From Nitrospirota bacterium (GTDB taxonomy: Bacteria; Nitrospirota; UBA9217), in assembly GCA_963751455.1 (NCBI GenBank), contig CAVVUN010000002.1, positions 1 through 64,000 on the forward strand: a stretch of 64,000 bases of DNA, written 5' to 3'. How positions within the stretch are numbered: position 1 is the stretch's first letter; each line of letters begins with the position of its first letter. The position numbers and the translations under genes were made by a program. Below the pieces are notes generated by a model. That model ran no database searches. It saw nothing but the letters and a program-made list of their open reading frames with translations, and was not told where the DNA came from. Positions 43,227-58,738 of the stretch are shown here, in pieces.

Positions 43227-43250
43227 GGCGGGTAGCTTACCCGCCTTTTT
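43227..43250 (+). terminator. Intrinsic terminator
   Basis: GGCGGGTA-GCT-TACCCGCC followed by TTTTT. Confidence 0.75.
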
Positions 43251-43463
43251 ATTCATCTTCTACCTCGCTATCGTTCAGTTCTTTCCTTATGTTGTCTTAT
43301 CCTTAGGAACGGCACTATTAAATTGACTTTTGAAGAAGCGTGTGATAAAAAAATTCACTCCGCTATGCCAAACATTGAAGCCCGCAATAAAGCAAGAAGC
43401 GCGGCCAGGTCGTCTGGTTTTATAATTAGAACAGTTTAATGGCTGATTCTGACTGGATGTGGA

Positions 43464-44681
43464 ATGCTTTCAGCAAAACAACAACTTGATATTATAAAGC
43501 GCGGAGCTGTTGAGATCATCGTCGAGGCGGATCTGCTCAAGAAGCTCGAAAAGTCCGTTTCGACCGGGAAGCCGCTGCGTGTCAAGCTTGGCTTCGATCC
43601 AACCGCGCCAGATATCCACCTTGGCCATGCAGTGCCTCTAAACAAGGCCCGTCAGTTCCAGGACCTCGGTCATGAAGTCTTATTTCTGATCGGCGACTTT
43701 ACGGGTATGATCGGCGACCCGACGGGAAAGTCCGAGACCCGAAAACACCTTACGAAAGAGGAAGTCGCCGAAAACGCGAAAACCTATCAGGTGCAGATTT
43801 ACAAAATCCTCGATCGTGAGAAGACAACGATTGCGTTCAACAGCGAATGGATGGGGAAAATGTCCTCGTCCGATATGATACAACTCGCGGCAAAACACAC
43901 GGTCGCGCGCATGCTCGAGCGTGAGGACTTTAAAAAGCGGTATGAGTCCCAACTTCCCATCAGTATTCACGAATTTCTGTACCCGTTGATCCAGGGATAC
44001 GATTCTGTTGCATTGAGAGCGGATGTGGAGCTGGGCGGCACCGACCAGAAGTTCAATCTTCTTGTCGGCCGCGAGCTTCAGAAAGAATACGGCCAGGAGC
44101 CGCAATGCATCGTAATGATGCCGCTGCTTGAGGGCCTCGATGGCGTGAACAAAATGAGCAAAAGCCTCGGGAACTATATCGGCATCAATGAACCGGCCAA
44201 GGAGATTTTCGGGAAGGTTATGTCAATTAGTGATGACTTAATGATCAGGTTTTATGAATTAGTTAGCTCAGTGACACTTAACGGATTGGCCAACATCAAG
44301 GCAAGCATCAAGTCGGGGACTCTTCATCCAATGGAGGCGAAGAAAAGATTGGGCGTGGAGCTGGCGGACCGGTTTTGCGGGTCAGGCGAAGGACTGAAAG
44401 CACGGGCCGAGTTCGAGAAGGTCTTTAGTAAAAAAGACATGCCCGACGATATCCCCGTTGTTGAAATTGCATGGGAAGGCGAAAAGATGAAACTGGCGAA
44501 GATCATGCCGCTTGCCGGCGTCGCGAAAAGCAATTCCGATGCGCGGCGGCTGATCCAGCAGAATGCAGTCGAGATCGACCAGAAGCAGGTTAACGATGTG
44601 GATGCCGAGCTGGCTGCGCCGGGACCGTACATTCTTCGAGTGGGAAAGAAGCGGTTCGTCAGAGTCGTATCAAAGAAATAG
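43464..44681 (+). CDS. tyrS: Tyrosine--tRNA ligase
   Basis: [33 protein letters not shown] and C-terminal S4 domain ending VGKK. Confidence 0.97.
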   Translation: MLSAKQQLDIIKRGAVEIIVEADLLKKLEKSVSTGKPLRVKLGFDPTAPDIHLGHAVPLNKARQFQDLGHEVLFLIGDFTGMIGDPTGKSETRKHLTKEEVAENAKTYQVQIYKILDREKTTIAFNSEWMGKMSSSDMIQLAAKHTVARMLEREDFKKRYESQLPISIHEFLYPLIQGYDSVALRADVELGGTDQKFNLLVGRELQKEYGQEPQCIVMMPLLEGLDGVNKMSKSLGNYIGINEPAKEIFGKVMSISDDLMIRFYELVSSVTLNGLANIKASIKSGTLHPMEAKKRLGVELADRFCGSGEGLKARAEFEKVFSKKDMPDDIPVVEIAWEGEKMKLAKIMPLAGVAKSNSDARRLIQQNAVEIDQKQVNDVDAELAAPGPYILRVGKKRFVRVVSKK

Positions 44682-44710
44682 CTATTTTTTCCCACAAAAC
44701 AAGCAGCACA

Positions 44711-47188
44711 TTATTTTGCCTTGCTCACGGCTTGCGCGGCATAGGACAGCAGATCACCCAGCGCGGCGAAGAGCGTTTTTATCCTCTCCGTTTCCGGCAG
44801 CGGTATCTTTAAAAACGCCGAACCTGTCGTTTCGTCTTTGCCGATCATGGCTTGCAGGCGCTTTTCGGCCGGCTCGCCGGGCCGCGCCATCATATCCCCG
44901 AGACCGGCTAGGAACCGCGCGCCGCTCTGGAAAAGGTCGTTCAGCGAATCGCGTGTTTCTCCGTGGCCGTTTCCACCGGATCGTGCTGCTTTGGATCGTC
45001 CGGCACTCACCGCTTCTTGGCGCATTTCTTTTTCCGCCAGTTCATCTTCATGCCGTTTCTGCCGCTCGGCAGCCGGGTCCGGCTGGGGCATGTTTTGCGT
45101 CATCGTCTCGACGGTCTTCATCAGCGTATTGAGCTTCGACTCTCCGACCATGACCGTGTCCAGCCCTCCCTCGTCCAGCGCGCCGGCGAAGACCGACTTC
45201 TTGAATTTGAGCAGTTCAAGAATACGTTCTTCGATTGAGCCGGAGGTTACGAAGTTGATGACCTGTACAGGTTTCTTCTGGCCCATGCGGTGGACTCTGC
45301 CGATGCGCTGTTCGAGCACTGCGGGGTTCCAGGGAATGTCCACGTTGATCACGACCGAACCCGATTGCAGGTTGAGGCCGACTCCTCCGGCGTCGGTCGA
45401 AAGGAAGACGCTGCATTTCGGGTCTTCCCGGAAGTCCGTGATCAAATCCCTCCGCTTCTTCGACGGAATCCTGCCGTGCAGGTGAGTGTATCCGATTCCA
45501 TTTCGTTTCAGGATTTCCTCGACCAGCTCGGCCATGCGAAGCCACTGAGTGAAAACAACGACCTTTTCGCCGCCCTCAATGACCAGTTCCCGGAGAATGA
45601 TTTCGAGTTCCTCGATTTTCGGGCCGTGAATGTTTTTCTTGTCCACGAGATACGTATTGTCCGAAACCATGCGCATCATGTTGAGCGCCATCATGAGCCG
45701 CTTTTGGTCGGCATCGCTCAGGAATTTGTAGCGCCTCCACTTGGCCACGAGCCGGGCCACAAGCTCCCGGTACTCGTCGTGGATCGCGAACTGTTCCCGT
45801 GTCATGGGCACGAAGAAGTTCTTGTCTGTGCGCCCGGGGAGCTGCCGGAGGACTTCGTGTTTCATCCGCCGGATCAGGACGTCCTTGAGCGACTCCCGGA
45901 TGGACCGCAAATGCCGGTAGCCCTTGACCTTGCCGTCATTGTCAACGATGCGATGGTTGTGCACAAAACGGTAAAGAGGCCCGAGGTGGAGCCGGTCGAT
46001 GAACTCCATGATCGAATGCAGCTCTTCAATCCTGTTTTCGAGCGGCGTTCCGGTGAGCACCACGGCGAAGGTCGATTCAAGCCGCTTGACGGATTTCGCC
46101 GTCCGGGTGTTCCAGTTCTTGATCCGTTGCGCCTCGTCGAGGATGATCAGATCGGGAGACCACGCCTTGATATGGTCCAAGTCGCGGGATACGACCTCGT
46201 AGTTGATGACCTTGTAGAACGTTTCAGAACGGTACAGTCGCGCCCGCTCGGCGTTCATGCCCTCGACGACGGAGACGCTTTTGCCAGTGAATTTTTCGAT
46301 CTCTGTCCGCCATTGGTGCTTGAGCGATGTGGGCGTGACAATCAGCACTTTTTCGATATTGAACAGCCTGTGCATCAACTCCGAGGCGGCAAGAGCCTGA
46401 ATGGTTTTTCCGAGGCCCATGTCGTCGCCGATCAGGCAGCGGCCCGCCCGAACCGCGAACAGCGCGCCTTCTTTCTGATAGGGGTAAAGTTCGGTTTTCA
46501 GGAGACTGTGAAACGCCGAGCTCTGGATTCCGTGTTTCAGTACATCTCCGACGATTCGCATTCGGTGTTCCTCGTCCTGATGCTCCGCGACAAAGGCCAT
46601 GACATCATCATAGCAGCGCACTTCGTGACCGTCGAAGCGCCTGGCCGCGTCGGCAAATGCCAGGAAATCGGACATGCGCTCAGGTCTTAATACGCCCTTC
46701 CCGTCGAAATATTTCCGCGCGAGGTGGCTCAGTTCCGCGGGCGCAGCCACGCCGGGTTTGAACCGTATCTCCTTCTTCAAGCCATAGTGCAGGAACACCT
46801 CCGAATACTGCGGGGTGAAGCCCGCACGGAACGCCTTTTTCGCGCCCGGTTTCTTCTCCAGTTTTGCGAGAGTGAATTCGATATGCTTACAGGTGCCGAG
46901 GTTGTTGATGCTGAAATCCGGGCAGGAACAGTAATTCTCGCCCGCATCCTTGCCGCGGATGGCGAGCCTGTACGTTTTTCCCGAGACCGGATTTGTGAGC
47001 GAAAACTCGGAAAAGATCGGATGGTCGCCGTTGTTCCGGAGAATGAAACTCTGCTGCTCGCCGAACTGCTTTCTGAGCGCGCGCTGCCAGTCCTCAAGCG
47101 AGAGGTCGTCGGGCTTGTGCATGCGCGGGACCTTCAGTTTGATCGGTTTTGACTTCGTCCGTGAAGCGCGGCTGTTTATCATTATCAT
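44711..47188 (-). CDS. SWIM zinc finger / SNF2-family helicase
   Basis: CSCPDF...CKH, DDMGLGKT, LDEAQRIKN, LTGTPLEN, GGVGLNLQ and WNP....QR..R.HR.GQ. Confidence 0.9.
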   Translation of the reverse strand: MIMINSRASRTKSKPIKLKVPRMHKPDDLSLEDWQRALRKQFGEQQSFILRNNGDHPIFSEFSLTNPVSGKTYRLAIRGKDAGENYCSCPDFSINNLGTCKHIEFTLAKLEKKPGAKKAFRAGFTPQYSEVFLHYGLKKEIRFKPGVAAPAELSHLARKYFDGKGVLRPERMSDFLAFADAARRFDGHEVRCYDDVMAFVAEHQDEEHRMRIVGDVLKHGIQSSAFHSLLKTELYPYQKEGALFAVRAGRCLIGDDMGLGKTIQALAASELMHRLFNIEKVLIVTPTSLKHQWRTEIEKFTGKSVSVVEGMNAERARLYRSETFYKVINYEVVSRDLDHIKAWSPDLIILDEAQRIKNWNTRTAKSVKRLESTFAVVLTGTPLENRIEELHSIMEFIDRLHLGPLYRFVHNHRIVDNDGKVKGYRHLRSIRESLKDVLIRRMKHEVLRQLPGRTDKNFFVPMTREQFAIHDEYRELVARLVAKWRRYKFLSDADQKRLMMALNMMRMVSDNTYLVDKKNIHGPKIEELEIILRELVIEGGEKVVVFTQWLRMAELVEEILKRNGIGYTHLHGRIPSKKRRDLITDFREDPKCSVFLSTDAGGVGLNLQSGSVVINVDIPWNPAVLEQRIGRVHRMGQKKPVQVINFVTSGSIEERILELLKFKKSVFAGALDEGGLDTVMVGESKLNTLMKTVETMTQNMPQPDPAAERQKRHEDELAEKEMRQEAVSAGRSKAARSGGNGHGETRDSLNDLFQSGARFLAGLGDMMARPGEPAEKRLQAMIGKDETTGSAFLKIPLPETERIKTLFAALGDLLSYAAQAVSKAK

Positions 47189-47343
47189 GGCATCTGCTCC
47201 TTTGCTTTCTGCATCAATTAGAATGGCCGAAATATAGCAAAAGCGCCGACTGGAGACAAGAGGAAAAACCTTTGACTCGATCTCGCATATTACGTACTAT
47301 GGGCGTCGTAAGGGGTAGTTTTAAGATTCGTGAGGGTTGACGC

Positions 47344-50292
47344 ATGAGTGGAGAGGACACGTCCGCGAGCGAACAGCAGGAAAAGTATCTGGCTTTACTG
47401 GCCGAGAACGGCAGATTGAGGGAAGAAATTAAGGTGCTGAAAGCCCGACTGGGCGATGAGGTGTCCTTCGTTTTGCCGGATTCGATTTCCAGGAATGCGA
47501 ACGGAGCGGATGCGGCAAGTTTCAGGCAGACAGCGGAGACGCTCTTCCCTCCGGAGATCAACAGCAGGTCGGACGTCGGCGACAAGATCAGGTTGTTTAT
47601 GTCGCTGTTCAAGGGGCGGGACGATGTTTACGCCAGGCGTTGGGAAAACAAGAAGAAAGGGACCTCCGGTTATTCACCCTGCTGCTTTAATGAATGGGAG
47701 AGGGGATTTTGCTCGAAACCAAAGGGCAAGTGTTCGGATTGCCGCCATAAAGCATACGCGCCCTTTGATGAAAAGGCGGTTGAAGATCATTTACGGGGGA
47801 ACATCGTCGCCGGCGTATACCCGATGCTCCCTGATGAAACGTGCCGGTTTCTTGCGATTGACCTGGATGACGGGGACTGGCGCAAAGACGCGGCGGCTTT
47901 GCGGGAGACGGCGTCCGAATACGCCATACCTCTTGCGGTCGAGCGCTCCCGCTCGGGCAATGGCGCCCATGCCTGGATCTTTTTTGAGGCGCCGCTGGCC
48001 GCCGTACTGGCAAGGAAATTCGGCACGGCCCTGCTTACCCGAACCATGAGCAAGCGGCATGAGATTACGTTCAAATCGTATGACAGATTTTTCCCCAATC
48101 AGGACACTATGCCCACGGGCGGATTTGGAAACCTGATTGCGATTCCTTTGCAAAAAGAGGCCAGGACCGCCCGAAACAGTGAATTCATCGATGAGTATTT
48201 TGAACCCTATGCCGATCAGTGGACGTATCTGGGCGCAATCCGAAAACTCTCCGAGAAAGAGATAGGTTCGCTCACGGCAACGCTGTGTCACGGAAATGAA
48301 CTCGGCGTTCTGAAAATCGACGAAGAAGATCCGCAAAAACCCTGGGAAACGGTCGCAGTCGGATTGTCGGCGTCGGATTTCCCGCGCTCGATCGAGATCG
48401 TGAAAGCGAATATGTTGTATATCCCCAAAGCGGGGATATCCCAACGGGGATTGAACCGGATCAAACGACTGGCGGCCTTTAGAAACCCGGAGTACTACAA
48501 GGCCCAGGCGATGCGGTTCCCGACGTATGACAAACCGCGAGTTATCTGTTGCGCTGATGTGACCGCTGAATATCTCTGTTTGCCGAGGGGGTGCCAGGAG
48601 GAACTGAAGGAGTTGTTGTCCGAACAGGGTTTGGAAATGACCTGGGTAGACAAGACCAATTGCGGCAAGAGGATTGATGTCGAATTCAAGGGAGTTCTGC
48701 GGGAAGAACAGATGTTTGCCCTGGAAAAACTCCTCGTCCATGATACCGGGCTGCTCGCCGGCACAACCGCCTTCGGAAAGACAGTGGTCGCGATCGGGCT
48801 TATCGCCGAAAGAAAAGTCAATACTCTTATGATTGTGAATCGGGCCGGCCTGATCAGCCAATGGCGGAAACGGTTGCAGGAATTCCTGACCATCAATGAA
48901 ACAGCGCCGCCGGAGACGGACACGAAAGGAAAAAGGCGCAAAAAAGGGAAGAGTATCATTGGTCAAATGGGACAAGGGAAGCAGGCGCTGAGCGGCATCA
49001 TCGATATCGCCCTTATGCAGTCATTGAACAGGATGGGCGAGGTCAGGGAGTGCGTGAAAAATTATGGGATGATCATTGTCGATGAATGCCATCATGTGGC
49101 GGCCTTCAGCTTTGAGACGATCCTGAAAAACGCAAGCGCCCGATATGTGTATGGTCTGACCGCCACGCCCGCCAGAAAAGATGGACACCATCCGATAATA
49201 TTCATGCAGTGCGGACCGGTTCGGTTCCGTGATGATGCCAGGAAGCAAGCGGAAAAAAGGCCGTTTGATCATTTCGTGATCCCGAGATTCACTCCGTTCC
49301 GGCCCCCGCTGGACAGCGAAGAGAAGGAGCTTTCGATCCAGGCTCTTTATGCCGAGGTCGCGGTCAATGAATTACGGAATCAAATCATCATCGATGACGT
49401 GGTAAAGAGCCATGAGAAGGGGCGAAACTGCCTTGTATTGACGGAACGGACCGCGCATGTGGACTATCTCGCCGGCAAGCTGAGAGAAAAAATCCCGGAC
49501 GCTCTCTCTCTTGTGGGGAGCATGGGAGCAAAGGAGACAGGCGAGGTCCTGAACCGAATCGCCGCTACTCCGGCAGACCGTCAATTGACCCTGATCGCGA
49601 CCGGGAGGTACATCGGAGAGGGCTTTGACGAACCACGTCTGGATACGCTCTTTCTGACCATGCCGATCTCATGGAAAGGGACGCTGCAACAGTATGCGGG
49701 CCGGCTGCACCGTCTTTTTGAACACAAGAATGAGGTGCAAATCTATGATTACGTGGATATTCATGTAAGGATGCTGGAGAAGATGTATCAGAGACGCCTG
49801 AACGGCTATGCTGCAATCGGGTATAAAATTAAGGCTGGAACGATCGAAACAGATTCGATCGATATCATCTTCGACAAGAGCAGCTTCCTGCCGGTCTACG
49901 GCAATGATATCAACGCGGCGAAACGGGAGGTCGTGATCGTAAGCCCCTTCGTCACCCGGAGGCGCACCCTCCGCATGTTGCCGCTGCTCGAAGGGGCGAT
50001 GAAAAATGGAGTGAGAACGATCGTCGTGACCAGACGGCCGGAAGATTTCAAGGAAAAGGACGCCGCCGCATTGCGGGAAACCCTGAATTTGCTCAACAAC
50101 GCCGGAGTGAGCGTCGTATTCCGTTCAAATATCCACCAGAAATTCGCCGTGATCGACCAAAGGATCGTCTGGTACGGCAGTATCAATCTGATGAGCTACG
50201 GCGAAGCGGAAGAAAGCATAATGCGCCTCGAAAGCCCGAATATTGCAAATGAACTGATCAAAGTCGCGGAGCGGACCACGGGGAGTTGTTGA
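47344..50292 (+). CDS. TOTE-type archaeo-eukaryotic primase domain + SF2 (DEAD/DEAH) helicase + C-terminal PLD-like nuclease domain
   Basis: F.GR.DVYA.RW, AIDLD, ERSRSGNGAH.W and GNLIA.PLQ; TAFGKT, DECHH, GLTATP.R.DG and EGFD.P.LD; SPF...HQKFAVID....WYGS.N. Confidence 0.85.
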   Translation: MSGEDTSASEQQEKYLALLAENGRLREEIKVLKARLGDEVSFVLPDSISRNANGADAASFRQTAETLFPPEINSRSDVGDKIRLFMSLFKGRDDVYARRWENKKKGTSGYSPCCFNEWERGFCSKPKGKCSDCRHKAYAPFDEKAVEDHLRGNIVAGVYPMLPDETCRFLAIDLDDGDWRKDAAALRETASEYAIPLAVERSRSGNGAHAWIFFEAPLAAVLARKFGTALLTRTMSKRHEITFKSYDRFFPNQDTMPTGGFGNLIAIPLQKEARTARNSEFIDEYFEPYADQWTYLGAIRKLSEKEIGSLTATLCHGNELGVLKIDEEDPQKPWETVAVGLSASDFPRSIEIVKANMLYIPKAGISQRGLNRIKRLAAFRNPEYYKAQAMRFPTYDKPRVICCADVTAEYLCLPRGCQEELKELLSEQGLEMTWVDKTNCGKRIDVEFKGVLREEQMFALEKLLVHDTGLLAGTTAFGKTVVAIGLIAERKVNTLMIVNRAGLISQWRKRLQEFLTINETAPPETDTKGKRRKKGKSIIGQMGQGKQALSGIIDIALMQSLNRMGEVRECVKNYGMIIVDECHHVAAFSFETILKNASARYVYGLTATPARKDGHHPIIFMQCGPVRFRDDARKQAEKRPFDHFVIPRFTPFRPPLDSEEKELSIQALYAEVAVNELRNQIIIDDVVKSHEKGRNCLVLTERTAHVDYLAGKLREKIPDALSLVGSMGAKETGEVLNRIAATPADRQLTLIATGRYIGEGFDEPRLDTLFLTMPISWKGTLQQYAGRLHRLFEHKNEVQIYDYVDIHVRMLEKMYQRRLNGYAAIGYKIKAGTIETDSIDIIFDKSSFLPVYGNDINAAKREVVIVSPFVTRRRTLRMLPLLEGAMKNGVRTIVVTRRPEDFKEKDAAALRETLNLLNNAGVSVVFRSNIHQKFAVIDQRIVWYGSINLMSYGEAEESIMRLESPNIANELIKVAERTTGSC

Positions 50293-50530
50293 AGCCGGTT
50301 CAATCCAAACCGTCATGGCCGCTTTAACATTAAAAGGGAGGGAAATAACGATGAAGAAGAGTATTGTGTAGGTTTTGGTCTTGGAACAACGACATAGCGT
50401 TTCGTAAGGGTAATACCTAAAAAGTAGAAATTAGGACATCAGGAAAAAACGGCGCGATAAGACGATTTTAAGCGTAAATAAGCCCTCTTGACACTGTTCT
50501 CTAAAAGAGGGAACATATAATTGAGGGGGA

Positions 50531-50597
50531 AATAGAAAAAAATAAGTAAAAATAAAAAAGTCTTGACACAGAAAATCGCTTGTGTTACATTGCGCCC
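50531..50597 (+). promoter_or_regulatory. rrn promoter P1-like
   Basis: A-rich UP element, TTGACA at 50563, 17 nt, TACATT, then GC-rich discriminator GCGCCC. Confidence 0.55.
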
Positions 50598-50692
50598 TCG
50601 TTCGGCGGTAAACCTCGGGCAAAACCTCGAAGTTCCTAAATACCAAACCGATCTTTTAATTTAAGAACAAAAAGTTAAAGAGAATATTTTTC

Positions 50693-50768
50693 TTGACAAA
50701 GTAATACAGATTTGTTAATATCAATATTCTGCGAGGATGCAGGAGCATGGTCTTTGAAAACTAAATAG
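50693..50768 (+). promoter_or_regulatory. rrn promoter P2-like and boxA
   Basis: TTGACA-17 nt-TAATAT with extended TG; GGTCTTTGAAAACT boxA-like leader that pairs with 52488-52512. Confidence 0.65.
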
Positions 50769-50870
50769 GTGCATTGCTTCCAAGGACTTCACCAGGTCTT
50801 TGGAAGTGGCGGGTTTTGAGTAACACAAACAGTCAAGTTACCTTGAGTAACATTGCATAGGATCAGATTT

Positions 50871-52442
<1,572 letters not shown>

Positions 52443-52517
52443 GAATCAGAGATTGCTTCGGTGACTCTCATCTTAGGTCGTTCGCCAGCACCTATTTAGT
52501 TTTGAAGGACCATGAGT

Positions 52518-52588
52518 AAGCACAAATTCGAAGTGTTAATTTCGAAATCCGAATCTTGGGATTTAGAGTTTAGAGCTTTCGGATTTAG
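52518..52588. repeat. Heptamer inverted-repeat shell in the 16S-tRNA spacer
   Basis: CACAAATTCGAAGTGTTAATTTCGAAATCCGAAT ... GGATTTAGAGTTTAGAGCTTTCGGATTT. Confidence 0.6.
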
Positions 52589-52655
52589 CCGCTCAGGGCT
52601 ATAGGCATGGGCTCGGAGCTTTACCCCCGGGAAAAGTCCTGAGCCTGTTAAAAAC

Positions 52656-52732
<77 letters not shown>

Positions 52733-52796
52733 ACTAATAACAAATGGCTAAATCGGATTTCAACAATTCTAAATTTAAACCGTTCTGAATTTATCA

Positions 52797-52872
52797 GGGG
52801 CTGTAGCTCAGCTGGGAGAGCACCTGCTTTGCAAGCAGGGGGTCAGCGGTTCGATCCCGCTCAGCTCCACCA
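52797..52872 (+). tRNA. tRNA-Ala(TGC)
   Basis: GGGGCTGTAGCTCAGCTGGGAGAGC...TTTGCAA...GTTCGATC...CTCCACCA. Confidence 0.97.
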
Positions 52873-53044
52873 TAATTATAATTCAATATTCAAGATTTAA
52901 TATTCACGAGGAATATTGAATGTTGAGTTTTGAATTCCCGAGCGAAGTTGCTCGGGATTGTTCTTTGACAACTGAATAGCAAGAGTACAAGTAAAGCTGA
53001 GGCAAACTCAAGAAAAAGCCAAATTTGCCAGAAGCAAATTTGGT

Positions 53045-56045
<3,001 letters not shown>

Positions 56046-56167
56046 CTAATTTTTTGCTTCTGACAAATTCGGCTTTTAAAGTACTCTTGCATATTCAGTG
56101 TTGAAGTAAAACGCAGAGCGCATGCGCAAAGCGGTTTAACTTTAAGTAGTTCTTGTAATTAAAGGTT

Positions 56168-56286
<119 letters not shown>

Positions 56287-56292
56287 TATTTT

Positions 56293-56326
56293 AAGCCCAT
56301 TATCGAAAGATAATGGGCTTTTTTTT
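56293..56326 (+). terminator. rrn terminator
   Basis: AAGCCCATTATC-GAAA-GATAATGGGCTT followed by a T run. Confidence 0.9.
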
Positions 56327-56405
56327 GCACTCGACGCTTTGCCTATTATCGCTTGCATCTTCAATGCGGTATGGTATCATTAAATCCGTTCACTCCCGGT
56401 AAACC

Positions 56406-56873
56406 ATGGCTGATAATAAAACCAATACCTCTGTTGCCACGAATCGAAAAGCCTATCACGATTATTTTATTGAAGAGAATATCGAGGCCGGAATTGTGCT
56501 TCAGGGCACTGAAGTAAAATCTCTTCGACTAGGTCTTGCCAATCTGACGGACAGCTATGCCATAGTCAAGAACAACGAACTGTTCCTGTTCAATGCGAAC
56601 ATCAGCCCGTATCCGCACGGCAATATCATGAACCACGAACCGCTCAGAACGCGCAAACTGCTGCTTCATCGGGAAGAGATCAAAAGGCTTATCGGCAAAA
56701 TGACGCATAAGGGGTATACTCTTATCCCGCTGAAGATATATTTCGTCCGGGGAAAAGCAAAGGTACTGATCGGCCTCGCAAAAGGTAAAAAGGCCTATGA
56801 TAAGCGCGAGACGATCAAGGAAAAAGAATCGAAGCGCGAAGTCGAGAGAACCGTGAAGGAACGAAGCCGCTAA
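56406..56873 (+). CDS. smpB: SsrA-binding protein
   Basis: [29 protein letters not shown] and GKK.YDKR. Confidence 0.97.
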   Translation: MADNKTNTSVATNRKAYHDYFIEENIEAGIVLQGTEVKSLRLGLANLTDSYAIVKNNELFLFNANISPYPHGNIMNHEPLRTRKLLLHREEIKRLIGKMTHKGYTLIPLKIYFVRGKAKVLIGLAKGKKAYDKRETIKEKESKREVERTVKERSR

Positions 56874-57001
56874 AAAGTAACACCCACCCCTCTTGTCATT
56901 CCATTTGTTACAATCTAAATAATAAGCGGTAATTAGCCGATTCAGACCGGCTGATCGCAGTATCCATTACTCTCTCGATTTTTGACATCAAGGAGGTAAC
57001 T

Positions 57002-57808
57002 ATGAGAAGATTACTGTTTATTATCATTGCCGCGGCTTATGTCATAACCGTGACTGCCCTTACCCCGGTTCAGGCAAAAGTAGTCGGGAAAGCCGTTGAG
57101 TATGCCGCTCACGGCACCACGATGAAAGGATATCTTGCATATGACGATAAAGTCACGAGCAAGCGTCCCGGCATCCTGGTTGTGCATGAGTGGTGGGGTT
57201 TAAACGAGTATGTGCGAAAGCGTGCCGACATGCTTGCAGAACTCGGCTATACCGCTCTGGCCCTGGATATGTACGGAGATGGCAAGACTGCAGCACATCC
57301 GGATGATGCAGGGAAGTTTTCAGCCGAGCTCATGAAGAATTTCGATGTTGCAAAGGCACGGTTTCTGGCAGCAGAGGAGTTTTTGAAAAAGCAGCCGGCA
57401 GTCGATTCCGGCCGGATTGCTGCGGTCGGATATTGCTTTGGAGGCGGAGTGGCTCTCAATATGGCCGCACAAGGGGCCGACTTGAAGGGCGTTGTCAGCT
57501 TCCATGGAGCCCTGGCGCTGGTCCAGGCGCCAAAGCCCGGAGATGTAAAGGCAAAAATCCTTGTTCTCCATGGAGGCGCTGATAAATTCGCGTCACCCGA
57601 GCAAATTGAATCATTCAAGAACTCAATGAAGACTGCCGGGGCCGATTACAGGTTCATCGTCTACCCTGGTGCGATGCATGCGTTTACAAATCCGGAGGCA
57701 ACCGCAAACGGCAAAAAATTCAATATCCCGCTTGCATACAATGAAAAGGCAGATAAAGAATCGTGGGAGGTGATGAAGAAGTTTTTGCAGGAAATCTTTA
57801 GGAAATGA
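57002..57808 (+). CDS. Dienelactone hydrolase family protein, secreted
   Basis: VHEWWGL, GYCFGG, SFHG and H.F.NP; signal peptide. Confidence 0.9.
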   Translation: MRRLLFIIIAAAYVITVTALTPVQAKVVGKAVEYAAHGTTMKGYLAYDDKVTSKRPGILVVHEWWGLNEYVRKRADMLAELGYTALALDMYGDGKTAAHPDDAGKFSAELMKNFDVAKARFLAAEEFLKKQPAVDSGRIAAVGYCFGGGVALNMAAQGADLKGVVSFHGALALVQAPKPGDVKAKILVLHGGADKFASPEQIESFKNSMKTAGADYRFIVYPGAMHAFTNPEATANGKKFNIPLAYNEKADKESWEVMKKFLQEIFRK

Positions 57809-57819
57809 CCGTATGGTCC

Positions 57820-57849
57820 GCAGGGGCGCAGCCCTGTCTGTGCCCCTGT
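57820..57849. repeat. REP-like hairpin
   Basis: GCAGGGGCGCAG-CCCTGT-CTGTGCCCCTG. Confidence 0.5.
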
Positions 57850-57992
57850 TTAAACATCACTTTTTTGTTTCCTCGCCCGCAGCTTTTTGATATCATATTC
57901 CCACGGCAAGAAAAACAACACGGCACCCCGATCAAACCTTCGAGGGCAGGATTAACGTCTTCCACCAGAGTGAAGGAAGATTTTTATTCTCA

Positions 57993-58697
57993 ATGACATT
58001 ACCAGAGATTCAAAATAAATTACGCAGGCTTTCGAGCAAAGAGAAGGCCAAAATCCTGCAAGGTTTCTTCAAGACAGGACCCGGTCAGTACGGTGAAGGG
58101 GATATATTTCTCGGGATTACCGTTCCCCTGCTCCGTCAACTCGCGAAGGAATGCCGGGACACTCGCATTATCGACGCGGTGAAACTGCTGAGGTCCTCTA
58201 TCCACGAAGAACGGCTTCTAGCTCTTTTTCTTCTCATGCAGCTGTACGTTAAGGGCAACGAAATCGTAAAGAAAAAAATCTATTTGCTTTACCTCAGGAA
58301 CACGAGGTACATCAACAACTGGGACCTGATCGATTTGTCGGCTCCGACTATTATTGGAAATTATCTTGTTGATAAACCTCGGGACCTGCTCTTTGAGCTG
58401 GCTCAATCGAACGATATATGGAAACGAAGAATCAGCATTCTGGCAACATTTGCCTTTATTAAAGAGAACGATTATAAAGACGCCCTCGGGATTTCCCGGA
58501 TTCTTCTCAATGACGAGCACGACCTCATCCAGAAAGCCGTCGGTTGGATGCTTCGTGAGGTGGGCAAACGCGACTTGGCGGCCGAGGAAAGATTTCTTGT
58601 GCGGCATTACAGGACAATGCCACGCACCATGTTACGCTATGCGATAGAGCGGTTTCCCGAGACGAAAAGAAAAAGCTATTTGAATGGAACTATGTAA
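57993..58697 (+). CDS. DNA alkylation repair protein, AlkD-like
   Basis: FFKTGPGQYGEGD.F.G, INNWDL.D, W..R and KA.GWMLRE.GKR. Confidence 0.85.
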   Translation: MTLPEIQNKLRRLSSKEKAKILQGFFKTGPGQYGEGDIFLGITVPLLRQLAKECRDTRIIDAVKLLRSSIHEERLLALFLLMQLYVKGNEIVKKKIYLLYLRNTRYINNWDLIDLSAPTIIGNYLVDKPRDLLFELAQSNDIWKRRISILATFAFIKENDYKDALGISRILLNDEHDLIQKAVGWMLREVGKRDLAAEERFLVRHYRTMPRTMLRYAIERFPETKRKSYLNGTM

Positions 58698-58738
58698 TCA
58701 GATCTGCGGGTTTTTTTGATGGGACCTGACCACCTGCA

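Noticed and set aside
45290-46690. 466-aa plus-strand ORF, and likewise 47791..48975 on the minus strand
   Set aside because: Antisense shadows of GC-rich helicase genes.
56874-57000. tmRNA next to smpB
   Set aside because: The spacer is too short and has no GGGG..GA / TCCACCA tRNA-like ends.
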